Shown: positions 1 through 14,073, counted from the first letter of the stretch. The stretch is DNA of 64,000 bases from Cirrosporium novae-zelandiae (GCA_026023565.1 JAPETS010000001.1:930001-994000); one strand, 5' to 3'. Made by a program: numbers and translations. The notes: generated by a model from the letters alone, not told the origin.

Positions 1-136
1 ATCGAACCCTCAATCGTCACACCTAGACGGATTCATGCCCGGAACTCCAGTAGTAGTATCGCTCACACATATGCATATTTCCCAGAACATTAAGTCAAAT
101 TTCCTCGAAACGCCATGATAGGATTTCGTAGATCCT

Positions 137-1331
137 TTATACGGGACTACTTGAAACAAGTTCGTAGCTCTTCTTAGCACTCGACCGTCGGAAAAGGGAA
201 GGTAGTTGAATAGCGCCCCTTCTCGACTTTCTTCTTGACGAGAAGACAACGAGGCAGCGACCCCATAACCACCAACAGCTCATACCAACAACCCCTGCCA
301 TCATAAAGCCAAGGACAGTCAATAGCAGCCAGTGATTTCCGGCCTATAAAAAAATTAATCAACCGCTCAAAATATTCAATTGAAAATTTTAAACATACCC
401 AGAAAATTAGTCTCGCGTCACTCCCATGCCAGCTACTGCCCTGGTGATGAGAGAAGAAGCTCCACGCGTGACGGTTATATTCATCCTGAGATAAAATACG
501 AACGCGAGAATCTTCGGGCTGATTGGAATCGAGCCAATGTTTCCAGATCACAGAGAGGAATAGAGGTCCAGTTGAGTACATCACTGTAATATATGGAAGA
601 ATCCAGCTCCTGTCATAAGACTGCAACGAATCAATAACTTGGAGGAAGAATGGGTGTTGAGGAACAGAGCCCATGACATCGTTTGAGATCCCAGAGGGGG
701 CAGTAAGACGAAGCCATGCTGGATATGATAGCAAAGGATCGAGGCGACGATTGCAGCCCTACACACAAGAGTTGTTAGTTGCAAACCAATTTGAAGGTAT
801 TTCAGGATAACCAACATCATCTAAGTCAATGTAGACCCCACCAAAATGAGAGAGGACAAAATATCGAATAGCGTCGGCCCTCTGAATGGGATATGGATAG
901 CCGTCCCATGTCTCTAAAAACCATGGATATTCGGTAGCAATGAATTCGCGGGATTTTTCGTTGGTCCAAAGCTGTTGGAGAAAGCAAATCAGCGACAATC
1001 CACTACCACACAACATTGGTTCCTCTCAATGGCTTTTTTTGGTACCACTAACTTTGTATTCATAGTCCTCGTGCAGATCTAAGCAACTCTGTTGGGGCTC
1101 CTGCCAAATTTCGGGAATCGACTCGTTAATATATGTCTGATGAATGATCTTTGGTATCAATTGAGGGCGGTTCTCGATTAAAGGAGAATTTGGAGCTGGT
1201 AGCTCAGCGCGGCGAATGGCATCCTCATCGGCATCTTCCCAAAGAAGTGTCAAAAGGGTGAAAACGCTTCGTACAAGCAATCCAATAACCATAAGGTTGA
1301 ATACAGTAAAGATGAGAACGCTTCTCCTCAT
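137..1331 (-). CDS. SUR1: Mannosylinositol phosphorylceramide (MIPC) synthase catalytic subunit, GT32 family; 4 exons
   Basis: IPKIIHQT, IQRADAIRYF, GGVYIDLDD (DxD), YSTGPLFLS and GSSWH motifs plus N- and C-terminal TM segments. ORFs 1026-1331, 759-1016, 174-734 and 137-322 join through GT-AG introns. Confidence 0.93.
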
Positions 1332-1858
1332 GGTTGCAAAGATTGATTCGGTTTAAGAATTAAATGATAATTAAACCCAGCGGTAGAGAGGAAAGACGGG
1401 AAAAAAGGAAAGGATTTGAGTAGGATAAAATGAAGGAGAGAGAAGGAGGGAGAGGTGCCCTCTGGGGATGCTGAATGAGCTATGGTGCAGCTGGCAGCAT
1501 TGGGTGATGACGGGCTTTTTGGAAGGTTGATGGAAGAGAATATAGCTAGTTACAAGGGGAGATTGATTAATTATGATGTTTAGAAAAAGTGACAGATGGA
1601 AGTGAAGAAGGATAATGAGCGACTAGGGGAGAGCAAAGATAATTGCGCGAGAGGGGAGAGGGGGGTGTGGGCGTTTGGCACGTTGTGAAGTCGAGGCGAG
1701 GCTGCTTCGTAGACGGGAAGGAGGCTGTGAAGGGTAATCATAATCATCCACAGTAACTTCGTACGTTATACTTGTCTGTACTAAGGTGGTAAACCCAACT
1801 AAACCTCCGACCCGAGGGGGCTTAACTGGGTTTTCCTAGCTTTTAGCCCCAGGTCACA

Positions 1859-1920
1859 GATATGGTGGGATACGGTGGGATACGGTGGAATACGGTGGGG
1901 ATACAGCAGAATACGATGGG
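1859..1920. repeat. Degenerate 10-bp tandem repeat (GATACGGTGG-like, about 6 units)
   Basis: gatatggtgg gatacggtgg gatacggtgg aatacggtgg ... read directly. Confidence 0.8.
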
Positions 1921-4900
1921 AGATTGGTGGATTTCACGATCAAGGAGGAAAAAAAAATGACTAATATTGGTGATAGCCTAAGTTTTCGACAAGATGATTG
2001 GTAGGATTCATCTACTTGTATGTAAGCTTGGTTGAAAAAGTTAGGCCGGTTCCCTTCAAAACTGTTCAAAATGTTCAAATTGGACCAACCGAACTCGCTT
2101 CCCCTGACATACGGCCTTTTGGGTCTTTTGGACCCTTTCTTGGCTTCTTCTTAACTTCGAGGAACTGTGAAAGTGGAACCGAACTCGAAAACGAAAGCGG
2201 AAACGGAAACGAACAAGCGGAGGCTACAAACTAATTACTACTGATGAGTAGAGAACAGATCAGGGGCAATCAACAATGATTAAGCCAAAATCGGGTCAAT
2301 GTTGCGAGTTGCGAGTAGTCTTCAACATTGCGACGACGACGACAAGAGGATCCCCCCCGACCCCCCATGATTCGCATGTTGAGCCTCTTTTGGTAATTCG
2401 AAGGATTGCAACGATTATTAGATGCCAATCTCGTTTAGTTCCCATCAAAAGTACCGAGTACCTTTTAATGAGTGATGGTCCAGCGCTTTGACGTGCTCCC
2501 TTCTTGGGACACGCAATTGTTCAAAAAGCTTGATTTCCATATTTTTACCATTCATCTATCGTCTATATGTACTGGACAGTACGTAGATATTATTGTTAGG
2601 GAATAATTGAATAATTGAACAATCATCCATCGTATGACTTGTAATTCGTAAACAAAAAACCCCCCTCTCTCCCTCTCTCCCTTTCCCTTTTTCCCGTTCA
2701 AGTTGGATGAAGTTTCTATCCTCTTTTTTTTGTTTGCTTGATCCATTCGCTTCGCCCTTGTTAATAAAAAATAATTTTCCATGGAAGTCGTTTTATTTAT
2801 CGGGTGACAACTAACTATGGCTAAGGATTGGCCTAAATGTCACCTGGTGGCTGTGGACTGGTGGGCTGTGAAAGCAGCTGTGACATACTCTCCTCGATTG
2901 ACTCGACTGCCATGAAACTGTCATGGATTGCCGTTGATGTTATCTAAAAAAGCCATCACCGTTTATTTCACCAAATCAAAACCATTATCAATATCTACCT
3001 AAATTGAAAATAACCCCATCCTCCCAGCCCGACTACTACACAATGTCATGAATGTGAAAACTATCTCCCACAGTCTCTATATTTACCGACGCGCAAATAT
3101 ATGCACAATGACGTGAAAATATCTTACAGGCTCACAAAGCACATGCACCCATTTTTACTTGGACATAAAGTTCTTAATTGGATGTAAAAAACACCATAAC
3201 TTATACTTTCCTAAACTAGGTTCCGTGCCGCAGAAATTTGGGCGGTGCTTTCCATCGCTCGTTAGTAATGACGCCATCGAAAGTGAAATAGCAGCCTTGA
3301 GTAGTGGGTTGCTTTTGGACTTGCTACACCAAGTTTTGGATCTCTTAAACGCACTCCTTCGAATCTAGCTATCTCTTGAAGAGTTTCTGAAATACCAACG
3401 CCAACTAGAACACTTAGAACTGCGAAGCCTTCGAAATCCCTTATTTTATTGGAATACGGTTTCATCCAGATTCTTTCTTGTCAAATATATTTTCAACAAC
3501 CTCGCAGGTAATACCAGCTTTTGCGCCTCAAGCATATATTCCATCCAACATGACTTAAACCTGGGTGGTGGTGCACGATACCGTGGCTTAGTTGGTTGGC
3601 TCGGTTGGATCAAGTAGCAAGACTGGTACTGAAACCCTTGGACCGAGATGGTTCACCGATCGTTCACGGCACAGAACGCTTCAGCAACTCCCAAATTAAA
3701 TCTAACACGAAGCCCACTATGTATTAAAAGGTGCATCAGCCGTACACCTATCATGAAGGCATTATGAATGTTGGGTGTCCGTCCAGCCCCCTAAGTGCTC
3801 TACTTAGCCAACCTCATATATGCACTTTTTCAAAGGTATCGTATCAGCCATCAATATTGAAAGACCAGCGATTAAGCATCAGTCTTAACCCATATTTGCC
3901 CTCAGTATGGCTAACGGACTCATAATTTTCGCATTTCGCATTTACAGTGGTCTTGGAACATTGGCTTTGTCTACCTAGGTAGTTAATCATGGTTTACTCA
4001 CTAACCTTTTATTCTACACGACCGCCGATATTTGCCAGAATATCCAAAATGCTAATATCATCGAGTTCTCTTTAATCCTGAAGAATCACAGTATAAAATC
4101 TAGGAGGAGCGACGAACTATCAATCAACCCGAAAATTGATAGACGTGAGCAGACCCTTATGATCGTGTGGATATCATGTTTCAGGTGGAAGCCGAGAAAG
4201 CCAAAAACAAGAGCAGCGAATAAAACCATCTCGGACGCTAGAGTTGAGAGATTTACTCCAAATCCCTTGGTTTCGATTTTTTTTTACCCTGTAAAGGATA
4301 ACCATATTTACACACTATTCCAACCATCATCGAAGGGGACAAGGAATGCGTTTCAAAAGCGCGTCACCACTCAAGTGCTACTGGGTGAATGCTGATAATC
4401 CTCGACATATTGCTCAAACCTCGTCCTCATATTCTCTGGTGACTCGGGATCTTAAGATCCGTCCTGGGATGCATTACAAATTCTGCTAGAGATCATCTCC
4501 GTCATCGTTACGGTCACCTAATCTTCTATGCAATACAACAAGGGTAGTTCAACGTACGTGATGCCAAAATAGTAAATGATATCCACAATCTCAAACTTAG
4601 AATTAGCATATATCTATACTGTTAAGGTCATCTTGACACTGAAGTTGGTTTTAACTACATCCTTGCCAAGTCTTATAAGCTAACAGCTGACATTATGATA
4701 GCCCTACTTTCCAATTTAGGTAAACCGAAGAACCCAAGAGTACATCCGCGGCATGAGAAAGGCCCACTTGATGTAGACAATCAATCGCAACCAGTTTTCA
4801 TTATTGATAAGATCTAACTATGACTTTTCGGCTAGGGTATATTTGTCGTGAGTCCTTTAGGCAGGATGCCTCCAACAACGATGCTACATATCTGCAGAGT

Positions 4901-5158
4901 TATAAATGTGGTCCTGGAGCTAAATTATTTAACTAGTGTGGTTAAGAATTATTAAGATTTTATTAGGATTTACCGCATTCCTTCTATCCATGGTATTGTT
5001 TGGAGTCACGAATGTGTACCCCTTAATGTATGCACAGCCCACCATCAGAAAGACATTTACAGATAAAAACCTAACGCCAATCCAAGTGGCGGTTACATGA
5101 TGAAATCGCTTCCCTTTAACATATGCACCGAATCTAAATTCACAGCTGCGGGAAGCGT

Positions 5159-7222
5159 TTAGTTCCAACCCTCTTGTAAACCCAAAAATAATTCGTATAT
5201 AGCCCAAGCCCCAGGATCCGGGGGAGTATCCTTACAAGTCTCGCCCCCACTAACATATGTGGCTCTACCAAATCGAGCCTTCATCCCTCTTGTGCTCTCT
5301 GCTCCATCTTTGCATGCTTGTACTGCCACGCCCAAGTTTTCAGCCTTGACAAGCATTTCGCAAAATGGTATTAGAGCATCCATGACTGTCCGATCTCCAA
5401 CCCTAGCACTTGTGTCCAGTTTCAGGTTCTCAAGAGCATGCCCGGCACTCGTACCAATCATTTCTATTGTTGGTATTTTGGAGGAAGATTCGACGACTGC
5501 CTGTTGTAAGCTCGCGGTAAATGAAGCTAAGAAGATGCTCAAGATAGCGCCAAGTGAGCCGCCTATGTCCTCCATACAATCAAGGACTTGCTCGAGAGTA
5601 GCAAAGAGTGAGCCACTTTTTGTGATACCCTTGTCTAGTTTTGCAAGCACCGCTGCACGAAAATCAGATACGAATTAGAATTAAAGGTGTGAGGAAGTCA
5701 CCCATGCATCCACCTTTAACAGCTTCACCACAGTCACCATCTCCCATCTGCATATCCCATTTCGTAAGGATAGGCTCTGCATCTATGGCACGATTGCAAC
5801 CTTTTCGTATGGATTGTTCGAGGCTCTCGGGATTAACTTCAAATTTGTATTAGAATTGTAATCCTTAAATTTAAAACGCATTATGTATGTACCTTGAACT
5901 TCCATCCTCTTCGTCTCCCATCTTTTGTTAGCACCATTCACCGCTCCATTTGCTTTGGTAGGATCGGATAACCCTTTCCTGTAGGAAGTTGTTCTTGGCC
6001 ATGCTGGTGCATCTGTAGGAGCATCGATAAATGATAATATTGTGTCTGTGGGATTTGATATGCTTCGACTGACGCCAGAAACATTGCAAAGAGAAACAGA
6101 AAATCCCGGCCCATTCAAAGAGGTTTCAAAGGTTCCCGAAAATACTCTAACAGGGACGATTTTCCAGCTTTGCTCTAGACCAAATAGTTAGCCGCATAGG
6201 GCGCCAAGGAGAAGGCAAATACCAACTAAGCTGTCTTATAGCTACTTGGGCAATAGCATTGAGTTCAACATTTGAGAGTCCACCAAAGTTATTCACGAAT
6301 AGCACAACTACATCATCGGGTTTAAATTCGACATATGATCGTTCACCGTCATTCAAAGCTAGTAGGAATCCCAACATTTCTTTCATGAGCTCTTCAATTG
6401 AGGGAATGGGTTTGATTTTTTGGAGACCCTAGGGCAAAATGTCAGTTCATATGTAAAACAAGGAGACCCAGTTGTCATTGTTCGGGCTTACTGGTTCATT
6501 ATGAATGCCCATTCCTAGCACACAAACGTCCTCGGGAACCTTTTCTGGACTTACTCGACCAGGAATATCACAATGATCCAAGGAAGATCCAATAGTAACC
6601 AGGTTCAAGTTGAGCTGTTCACCGAGTTCGAGGACTTGCTCAAAATTCCAGTCGGCCTGGGCAGCAGCACCAATTATCTTAAGGGCTACAGCGACGTCAA
6701 TGAATGATCATTATTTGTATCATAGGAAATAGGCGTCGGCGTTATACTTAGGATATTTCCAGCAAGCCCTCTTCTACCTGTCCTTTCGATTGTCTTGCGG
6801 GGTAGGACAGCATCATCAGTTGCCCTTAATATAGCTACTTTTTTGAGCCCCTTTGCGAGCGCTTTCTCTCGAGCTAAACCGAAGTGTAGGTTATCTCCGG
6901 TGTAGTTGGTGATTGCCAGAATGACACCTGTATCTGACGCAACAATATCTATAGCCGCGGAGACTTGCTTTGCACTTGGGCTAGCAAAGATATCGCCGTT
7001 TGCTACCGAGGCGAGCATTCCATCTCCAACATAGCCCGACCATGCTGGCTCATGCCCACTGCCTCCTCCTGAAACAATTGCTACTCGCGATGGAGGGTGG
7101 GTTTTGGAGTATATTACTCTGTTTGGTTCGTCCAGCCCTATGTGAGGATTGCATGCTGCTAGAGTCCTCAGAGACTCAATGACCATGCTACCAGCATCAG
7201 TGAAGAAGTGCTTTGTCGACAT
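5159..7222 (-). CDS. Dihydroxyacetone kinase family (DAK1+DAK2 domains; triose/tetrose kinase); 6 exons, apparently intact
   Basis: SGGGSGHEP, NYTGDNLHFGLA, GRRGLAG, GMGIHNEPG, GDGDCG, GDRTVMDAL, MKARFGRATYV and DPGA motifs. Frame is kept across five GT-AG introns; ATG at 7222 (MSTKHFF). Confidence 0.93.
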
Positions 7223-7295
7223 GATGAGATGGAATAATGATTGAAGTACGATATGCACCGAAAAGTACAGTACAAGCATTTTCACTCCTGCCCTC

Positions 7296-7437
7296 CCTCG
7301 GCCTTATACATAGGAAAACCTCGGCCACATAATTTCCGGAGAAGGAGAACAACCGCATGACGATCAGTTAGAGCGGGGTGAGAATTCTCAATCAGGTAAT
7401 CCGAGGGAGGATACACATTATCACATAATACGGGGGG
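7296..7437. promoter_or_regulatory. Divergent promoter of the DAK gene and Zn2Cys6 gene with CGG-rich elements
   Basis: CCTCGGCC at 7296 and 7319, CACATAAT repeated next to CGG triplets, and a CreA-type SYGGRG site (GCGGGG) at 7373-7378. Confidence 0.4.
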
Positions 7438-7826
7438 CTTGCTATTAATTTATTTTGAGCCATTGTTATTAGTAGCGCAAATTATGAACTCGCTGGTAGA
7501 ACCTGTCAGCTATAATTTCTCATAATAGTGGCTTGAAAACAATGCCTCGGATGAACAAAAGAGTTGGTTTGAACCTATTCGCAACAGTTAGATATTTGGT
7601 GACTTGAAGCACATAGATAACCCTGATTTTGTCCATCCTCACTACCCCCACTTTAGACTTAACTTGAGCCACTGAGAGAGTTAAACTAAAATGACGTGCG
7701 TGATTTGACTTGCCCTTGCCCTTATCATTCCAGTCCAGTAAATTATCGGCGCTAAACCCCAGTGGTTCGTTCGGTCTCTCATCGCAATCGGTCTTAGACG
7801 AACATCAACCCTTGTCATCCAATGGG

Positions 7827-10552
7827 ATGCCAGAAAAAACAACTTCACGAGCTTCCCCGCAGTCTGAGGAAGGTGCAATGCTTTTACCGATGCTGTTGGC
7901 AATTCTCCGCTAATCTGGTTTGTATACTATTACTCCTCTTCGTCTTTCCCTCTATTTTGTAATTATTTCTTTCTAGTTTAGATTGCAACCATCAACCCCA
8001 TTTCGAGACAATTGAAGCATGTCCCTACTATCCACTCAAGCTACTTAATTAGTTTGATATTTCCTAGATGAAAAGGCGATAACTTGTCTAATCGCAAAGC
8101 TGGACTCTTCTGAAAACACAGCGAATAGGCGAAGGAGACGGAAGCCCCGAGGGAGAGGGCTGCGGACAACGACAGGATGGTACGTTATACCGTTTGTATA
8201 TTAGGTTCGAGGGAATCCCGGGAACCATGATGATATGCTATTTGACTTTCGTCATGGTTATGTCCTCTCAAAATGCTCTACCCACATACCAACTTTCCCA
8301 ATCCAACTGCTACATATGGTGGGAGTGTGGAATGTCTATTTGGGAGACCTTTTATAGCTCAGCATAAAAAGACAAACTCTCAGTTCTCAGCGTTATATAT
8401 TGTCTTATAAGACTCTAATTACTGACTGAACGGGGATATTTCCCCATCAAAGCCTCACTTGTCGAAAGCGCCATATGAAATGCGACGAAACAAGGCCAGA
8501 ATGTGGACATTGTCTAAAGAGCGGACGGGCATGCGTGTATCACGCCACCTTTCAATCGAAGGACTCAGAGGAAGATTCGCCATCTTCTGAGGTTATGATT
8601 TTAACATCGATTCCAAAACCTCATGCCGCAAGACACGATCAATTTGTACATTCAGAGAACTCTTGTACTCTGCAGCAACTTTCTTATAGCATCCACGGTC
8701 CTTGCGATACCCCATGTACTTATTACTCGGATGAAGTGAACGCTCAAGCAGCTAGCCGGCTCGTGGACCTCAGTTCAGCTCACCCGACTCTCACAAGTCC
8801 TACTACCAGCCTCGTTGCATTATCTCCCCGGGATGATAATATAATTTACACCCCTGACTTGGCTTCTAGGAGATGGTTTGGCCTCCTTGCTGGCGATGCT
8901 GGCTATCGAGGGAGAGCTCTTGATCCTTCTGGGGAATTATACATACCTCCAATTATACAACATCATCAGACTAGTAATGCTAACGATGAAACTGGAACAT
9001 CTCCACAGCCATTTCACAATCCAATGAGAGTTATCGAAGATAGCCAAAATAACAATCTGACTCAATATGTTTCTCCTCCTAGTTCAAGAAGAATACCCGG
9101 GAAAGAAATATGGCAAACTCTGGAGCCAATTTTGCTTCTCTCGCATGAAATCCCTATATTTAAGAATTTCGTCAATCGACTGAGTCATTGGGTATTAGCT
9201 CCCAATCTGTAAGACTTAAAGGACTCGGATTAGCTGATATATGCTAGATTGACCTTTTTGACCCGAACCAACATTTCTCAACACTTGTACCTCACCTAGC
9301 GGTTAGTTTCACTCACAGAGCCTATTTACTTCCTGTTTAGGCTAGGCTATATGGTTTTGGCGAGTTGTGATCACAACAAGCCCTCTAACAAAACGACACT
9401 AAAGTGATACCGGTATCTAAATAAAGCTAATAGAGAATGCATAGATGCATAACATCGGTTTAATGAAAGCTCTTCTTGCACTTTCGGCTCGACACATATC
9501 TTTGAATCCTCCAGATAGCGCTCACGCCTCCTTAGGTCGCAGTGTTGCCCTTCAGTATTATTCCGAAACCTTACAGTATCTCCAAAAAGCAATGAAGCAT
9601 GATACTTATACCTGTAGTCTCGAGCTAATTGCGACTGCCCTCACAGTTTCAACCTACGAAATGATTGATGGTTCTGGTAGTGGATGGGAACGGCATCTAA
9701 AAGGCGTGTTTTGGATCCAACGCTCACAGGAAATAAACGGTGATACAGGAGGGCTTAAACAAGCAGTTTGGTGGGCATGGCTGCGTCAAGATGTTTGGGC
9801 AGCTTTCCGTGAGCGGCGTAGAGTGTTCAGTTTTTGGAAACCCACTAGGCCTCATGATGTGCTAACCCCATATGAGCTTGCTGCAAGAGCTACGTATTTG
9901 CTTGCACAAGCCGTGAATTACTGCTCAGACGAAGAGACAAAAGCAGGTGAGCGAGACTTACAAGAAAGGGTCGATCGTGCAGATACTCTTGTAAGAATGA
10001 TGGAGGACTGGAAACGCAATCTTGGTGTTGAATTCGACCCACTGCCAACTGTTGGTATATCTGAAGGGGTATTCGACCCTATATGGGTCCATCCTCCAGC
10101 CTTCGGTAAACTCAACATTTCAATATCCTATGCTTATCAATACATGCTTCTAAGTATTTCCAAAGGCGTATCGATCCAACTTCATTGCTGTGCGCAGATG
10201 CTCTTAGCTCTTCATCGTCCAAGATTTGGAGGGCTGCAGAACTATTTTGATCAGCAGGAGCTTCTGTGTAAGAATGTTAACACCATCTGTGGCCTTGCGA
10301 TGGCCTTTACAGACGACTCATCAAGCCTAGTATCTTCACAATGTCTTTTCATGGGTCAGAAGTCCCCTCTTACCCGAACAATTTGGTTGTGCTTTGTTGA
10401 CGTGGCTTTTCACAGCGGGGATGTGCGTCCAGGAACAACATCAACGCGAAGCGATATTAGAGCTTATCGGAGCTTGCCAGAGTCGAACGGGATGGCCGAT
10501 AAAACCTCTACGGGAAGACTTAATCGCAGAATGGCAAGGGCCAGATCGTTGA
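7827..10552 (+). CDS. Zn(II)2Cys6 transcription factor with fungal-specific TF domain; multi-exon, start uncertain (7827, possibly 7691)
   Basis: Spliced [29 protein letters not shown] cluster (intron about 8180-8451). Middle region WERHLKGVFWIQ and WWAWLRQDVWAAF; last exon RTGWPIKPLREDL ends at TGA 10550-10552. Confidence 0.88.
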
Positions 10553-11725
10553 AGTTGCTGCTTGCACAATTGCAGAATACCTAAAGTGGTTGCTCGGGGA
10601 AGTCCTGTTTCACCACACAATGCTCCCGTCTAGAAAAGAAACGAGAGAGGGTAGTAGGTGGTGTATGCTTACTCTAGTAGCCAATAGAGTCAATGATAAC
10701 GTGACTATGTACGGTTGCTGGTAACTAGTCAGTAAGATCCCCATATATTTATGCTTGGATACTTATCCACTCCCATTAGGATAAAAACCAGGTCGCTAGA
10801 CGCTACTGAGGCACCAAAATTATAAAAAAGCTAGCTAGTGGACGAAACTTCGTTCTTATTCTTCTTCTTTAATGCATATTTCGACCACCTCACTTATTTC
10901 CATCCGATATTGCACCTTCAAACACCACCGGTATTATAGTGGTCTCTAGCCCTAGAATCCCTGGCTCGAAAGATAGAGTTTCTTTCCCGAGTCCCTGCGC
11001 CCTCGTGACGTCTAGCCTCTGGATACTGTTGACATCATACTGACTTGTAATCATTGTATTTATATCTGCAAAAGGAGATAGGGGGTAGGGGTGGGGAAAG
11101 TCGCAAGTAGTTGATGGGTTTGAGAAGAGGGAAAGACTAGTAGGGGGATGAAAGAGCTACTTGGGAGGACGGGAGGAAACAAATGAATAAATAGCATATG
11201 AGGGCGGGAATTTACAGGATAATGAAGGAGGGGGATAGAGGACGTGGTTTAAACGTAGCCTGGTCTTTGCATTTTTTTTTTACAAAAATGTCTGTGGTCT
11301 ACTAACTTGTTGGTGGAAAGGATTATTGTTTATTGATATTCTTGAAGAAACTTGAGTGGGCTATTGTTCAAGGCAGTCTAAAGAAGTAATTAGGTGTTTC
11401 GGCTATCGGGTTCTGATACTGGATACTGACTGGATACTGGATTATGTTTTAGCTGAGTATGGTTTTCTAGAAGAATTTTTTAAAATGGATAGATCATCTA
11501 TTCTCTTCGAAGCGACATTTTACATGTGTCTAAAATGTTTAACATGTTGGAATTGATTCATCCACTAATAGCTTATTACTCGCGAGAAAGGGTATATGTG
11601 TTTAGCCATGCGTCAAAAGTAATCCGCCAAACTAGATCATAAAGGACTATCAGACATGACCAACTTATAGTCCTGTGTCATAAAGTTTTGTTTGTCCCAT
11701 GATTGTGACGCCAATTCAAGAAATA

Positions 11726-13825
11726 TTATTCATCATCTCCGCCCATCAATTGCCCAACCTCCTCGATAGTTCCCAGCACCTCAACCTCTCCACTCGGTGC
11801 CTTCTTCCCTTTATTTTTCTTGTTTTTCTTGCTCTTCTTTCCGCCTTTGCCCCCCGCAATTTCACTATCCTCGTTCTCCTGCCCCTCAATCGCACCACTA
11901 GCCTCCAGCTCTGCATCCCTATTCCTCTGAAGCTCCTCCTGTAGTTCTTTCTCCCTCGCCATTTCCTCCTCGAGTTTCCGGCGGTCCTCTTCCATCTCTC
12001 GCTCGTGCACCTCGACGTCCTCGTAGATGATACCGCTCAGCTCGGCAAATTCTTCCATGTTGACGGGAATGCGGTTGGCTTCACACTCCTTGATCCGAAT
12101 GGGGTCTTCACGTTCTTCCTTGTTGTATTTGAGTTTGATCTGTCGTCTAGTCCGATCCGGGAACATCTTGCTGATCATCATGAAGTCTGTTCCGAACATC
12201 TGGAGACCCTTGTAAAAGAGATCGGTGCTGTCCTGATCCCAGGCTTGGGTTCTCTCGCGTTTCATGAAGGAGCCCGAGTTGACGCGACGGGTCAATTGGT
12301 TTTCCTCCACTTCTTCCATTTCACCTGCGGCAGCGTCAGCTTCGGCGTGCCGGTCAATCTGAAGCGACATGTCGTCAACTACAATCTCCCCATTTATAAT
12401 CCGCATCCGTGGTGCATGATTTGTCCTTTCCGCCTCAATCCTTGCAAGTCTTTCATCTACAGTCTCAGGTGGCGGATCTTCCCCGGCTTCCTGCCTAGCA
12501 GTCTGTTCCTGCCTGTCCTTGACGATGTTGTTCCACGTATCCAGATCCATCTTCTGGAGTTCCGCCTCCCGTTTGGATTTCTTGCCTAGTCGCAGGTCTT
12601 TACAGAGATCAGACATCTTGACTTGTCCCGGGACGATTTCGATTGATTCGGCGTTTTCTGGGGTGAGGGCCCTGCGATGGCGTTGGGTCCGTTTGGATTT
12701 CCGCGTGTCTTCGGTGGCCTCGTCGACGATCTCTTGGGCAAGTTCCTTTGAGCTTTTCTGCGAATTCTGGGTCTTTCGCTTCGTAACACGCTTTCGCTTT
12801 GGTTTTTCCTTGGTAGGAGCCTCAGGTTCGGTTCCATTCTCCCGCGCCTCATTTTCTGTTTCTGTAGTAGTACTCCCTCCTATAGCACTTGTCTTTTTCT
12901 TTGGAGGTTTTCGCTTTCTTTTTCCCGGTCGCACTGCATCTGCGACAACATCCGCCGCCAATTGATCAATCCGTTCTTGGTTCCTGGATGTTAAAGTTTT
13001 TTTTGTAGGTCTGGTGGTAGGCTGTTCTAATTGAGAAGGTTGGACTATGGGCGTATCCGCTTCCTTTCTTGCGGGAGGCTGAGGTTCTATTTCTAGATTT
13101 TGAGAAGGACTTTGTGTTTCACTATCCTGTGGGCTTTCCTCCGCTATTTCTATTTCGATTCTTCGGCGCTTCGCTGCTCGTAGAAAACTAGTTGTAGTGT
13201 CTTTGTATACCTCTGTAGATATCTGTTTAGGTGCATTTATGGCCTCGGCAGACCCCGTATTCGCATGTCCCGTAGATGATTCTCGGACTTCTATGCCCTT
13301 TTGAGTACTGGATTCTGATGGCTGAGAGGGTGTAAGATGAAGTTGTTCCTTAGCACTAGTAATTTTCTCTTTCTGTAATTTTTCATCATTCTGCAGTTCA
13401 ATGGTATTATAAGGAGATTTGGATCGTTGCACTTGAGTTGTAGAAGCTGATGCTGGGATCACGGGTTTTTGGATGGGGGAATTAATTAGAGCAGCGGTTT
13501 CTGTAGGGGGAGGAGATGGACGAGCTTCTACGGAGGCTTCTCTTATATGGGAAGGTTCATGATAAGCAGCTTTAGGTGCCAGGCCCGGGGCAGCTGTTCG
13601 TGCAGGCTGGGTTAAGGGAGGTTGAACGGTTTTGGCCTGCTTTTGTCGATCTGCCGTTGATCTGGCCGATGCTGTGTGGGAAGTTGATGCCCCTCCAGGG
13701 CGACGAGCAGGGGCTTTCGGCGCGAACTTCTTGCCCGATTTATCTTTTGGAACATCAATATTCATTTTCATATTTTGGAAGTTGAGTAATTATATACTTA
13801 TCACGGCGCTCGCGAAGGTAGACAT
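11726..13825 (-). CDS. BDP1: TFIIIB component B'' (SANT/Myb domain); 28-nt first exon 13825-13798, intron 13797-13744
   Basis: Spliced start MSTFASAVINKSGKKFAPKAP; WDQDSTDLFYKGLQMFGTDFMMISKMFPDRTRRQIKLKYNKEER SANT motif. Confidence 0.92.
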
Positions 13826-14002
13826 TATTGCTTTAGAAGCATCCTTTGAATAAGAGGGAGATCAAGGATGTCGAGTAGAATGAGTGCAATTGCATTAGGT
13901 GGTGAGGGTACTTTTTCTTTTTTTTCATGAGGGTTTGCTTGAGAGATTGAGGAGGGGCTCTAAGGCCTTTGAAGGGAAAGATCACTAATAGCTTACCAGA
14001 GC

Positions 14003-14073
14003 TTTGCTTAGTTTGCTCAGTTTGCTCAGTCTCGGGGATGAGTCAAAAACGGGATGATGGTTTTCTCACGTGA
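14003..14073. promoter_or_regulatory. BDP1/BRE1 bidirectional promoter elements
   Basis: TTTGCTYAG tandem x3, TGAGTCA (Gcn4/CpcA-type, 14039-14045) and TCACGTGA (bHLH/Cbf1 E-box, 14066-14073). Confidence 0.4.

Noticed and set aside
3160..4600. Possible ncRNA or remnant of an RpiB/TPI gene beside the DAK gene
   Set aside because: The frames examined are interrupted by stops, and I recognised no TPI, RpiB, SRP, RNase P or snRNA motif.
12005..12965. Long + strand ORFs inside BDP1
   Set aside because: Antisense shadows of a codon-biased charged region.
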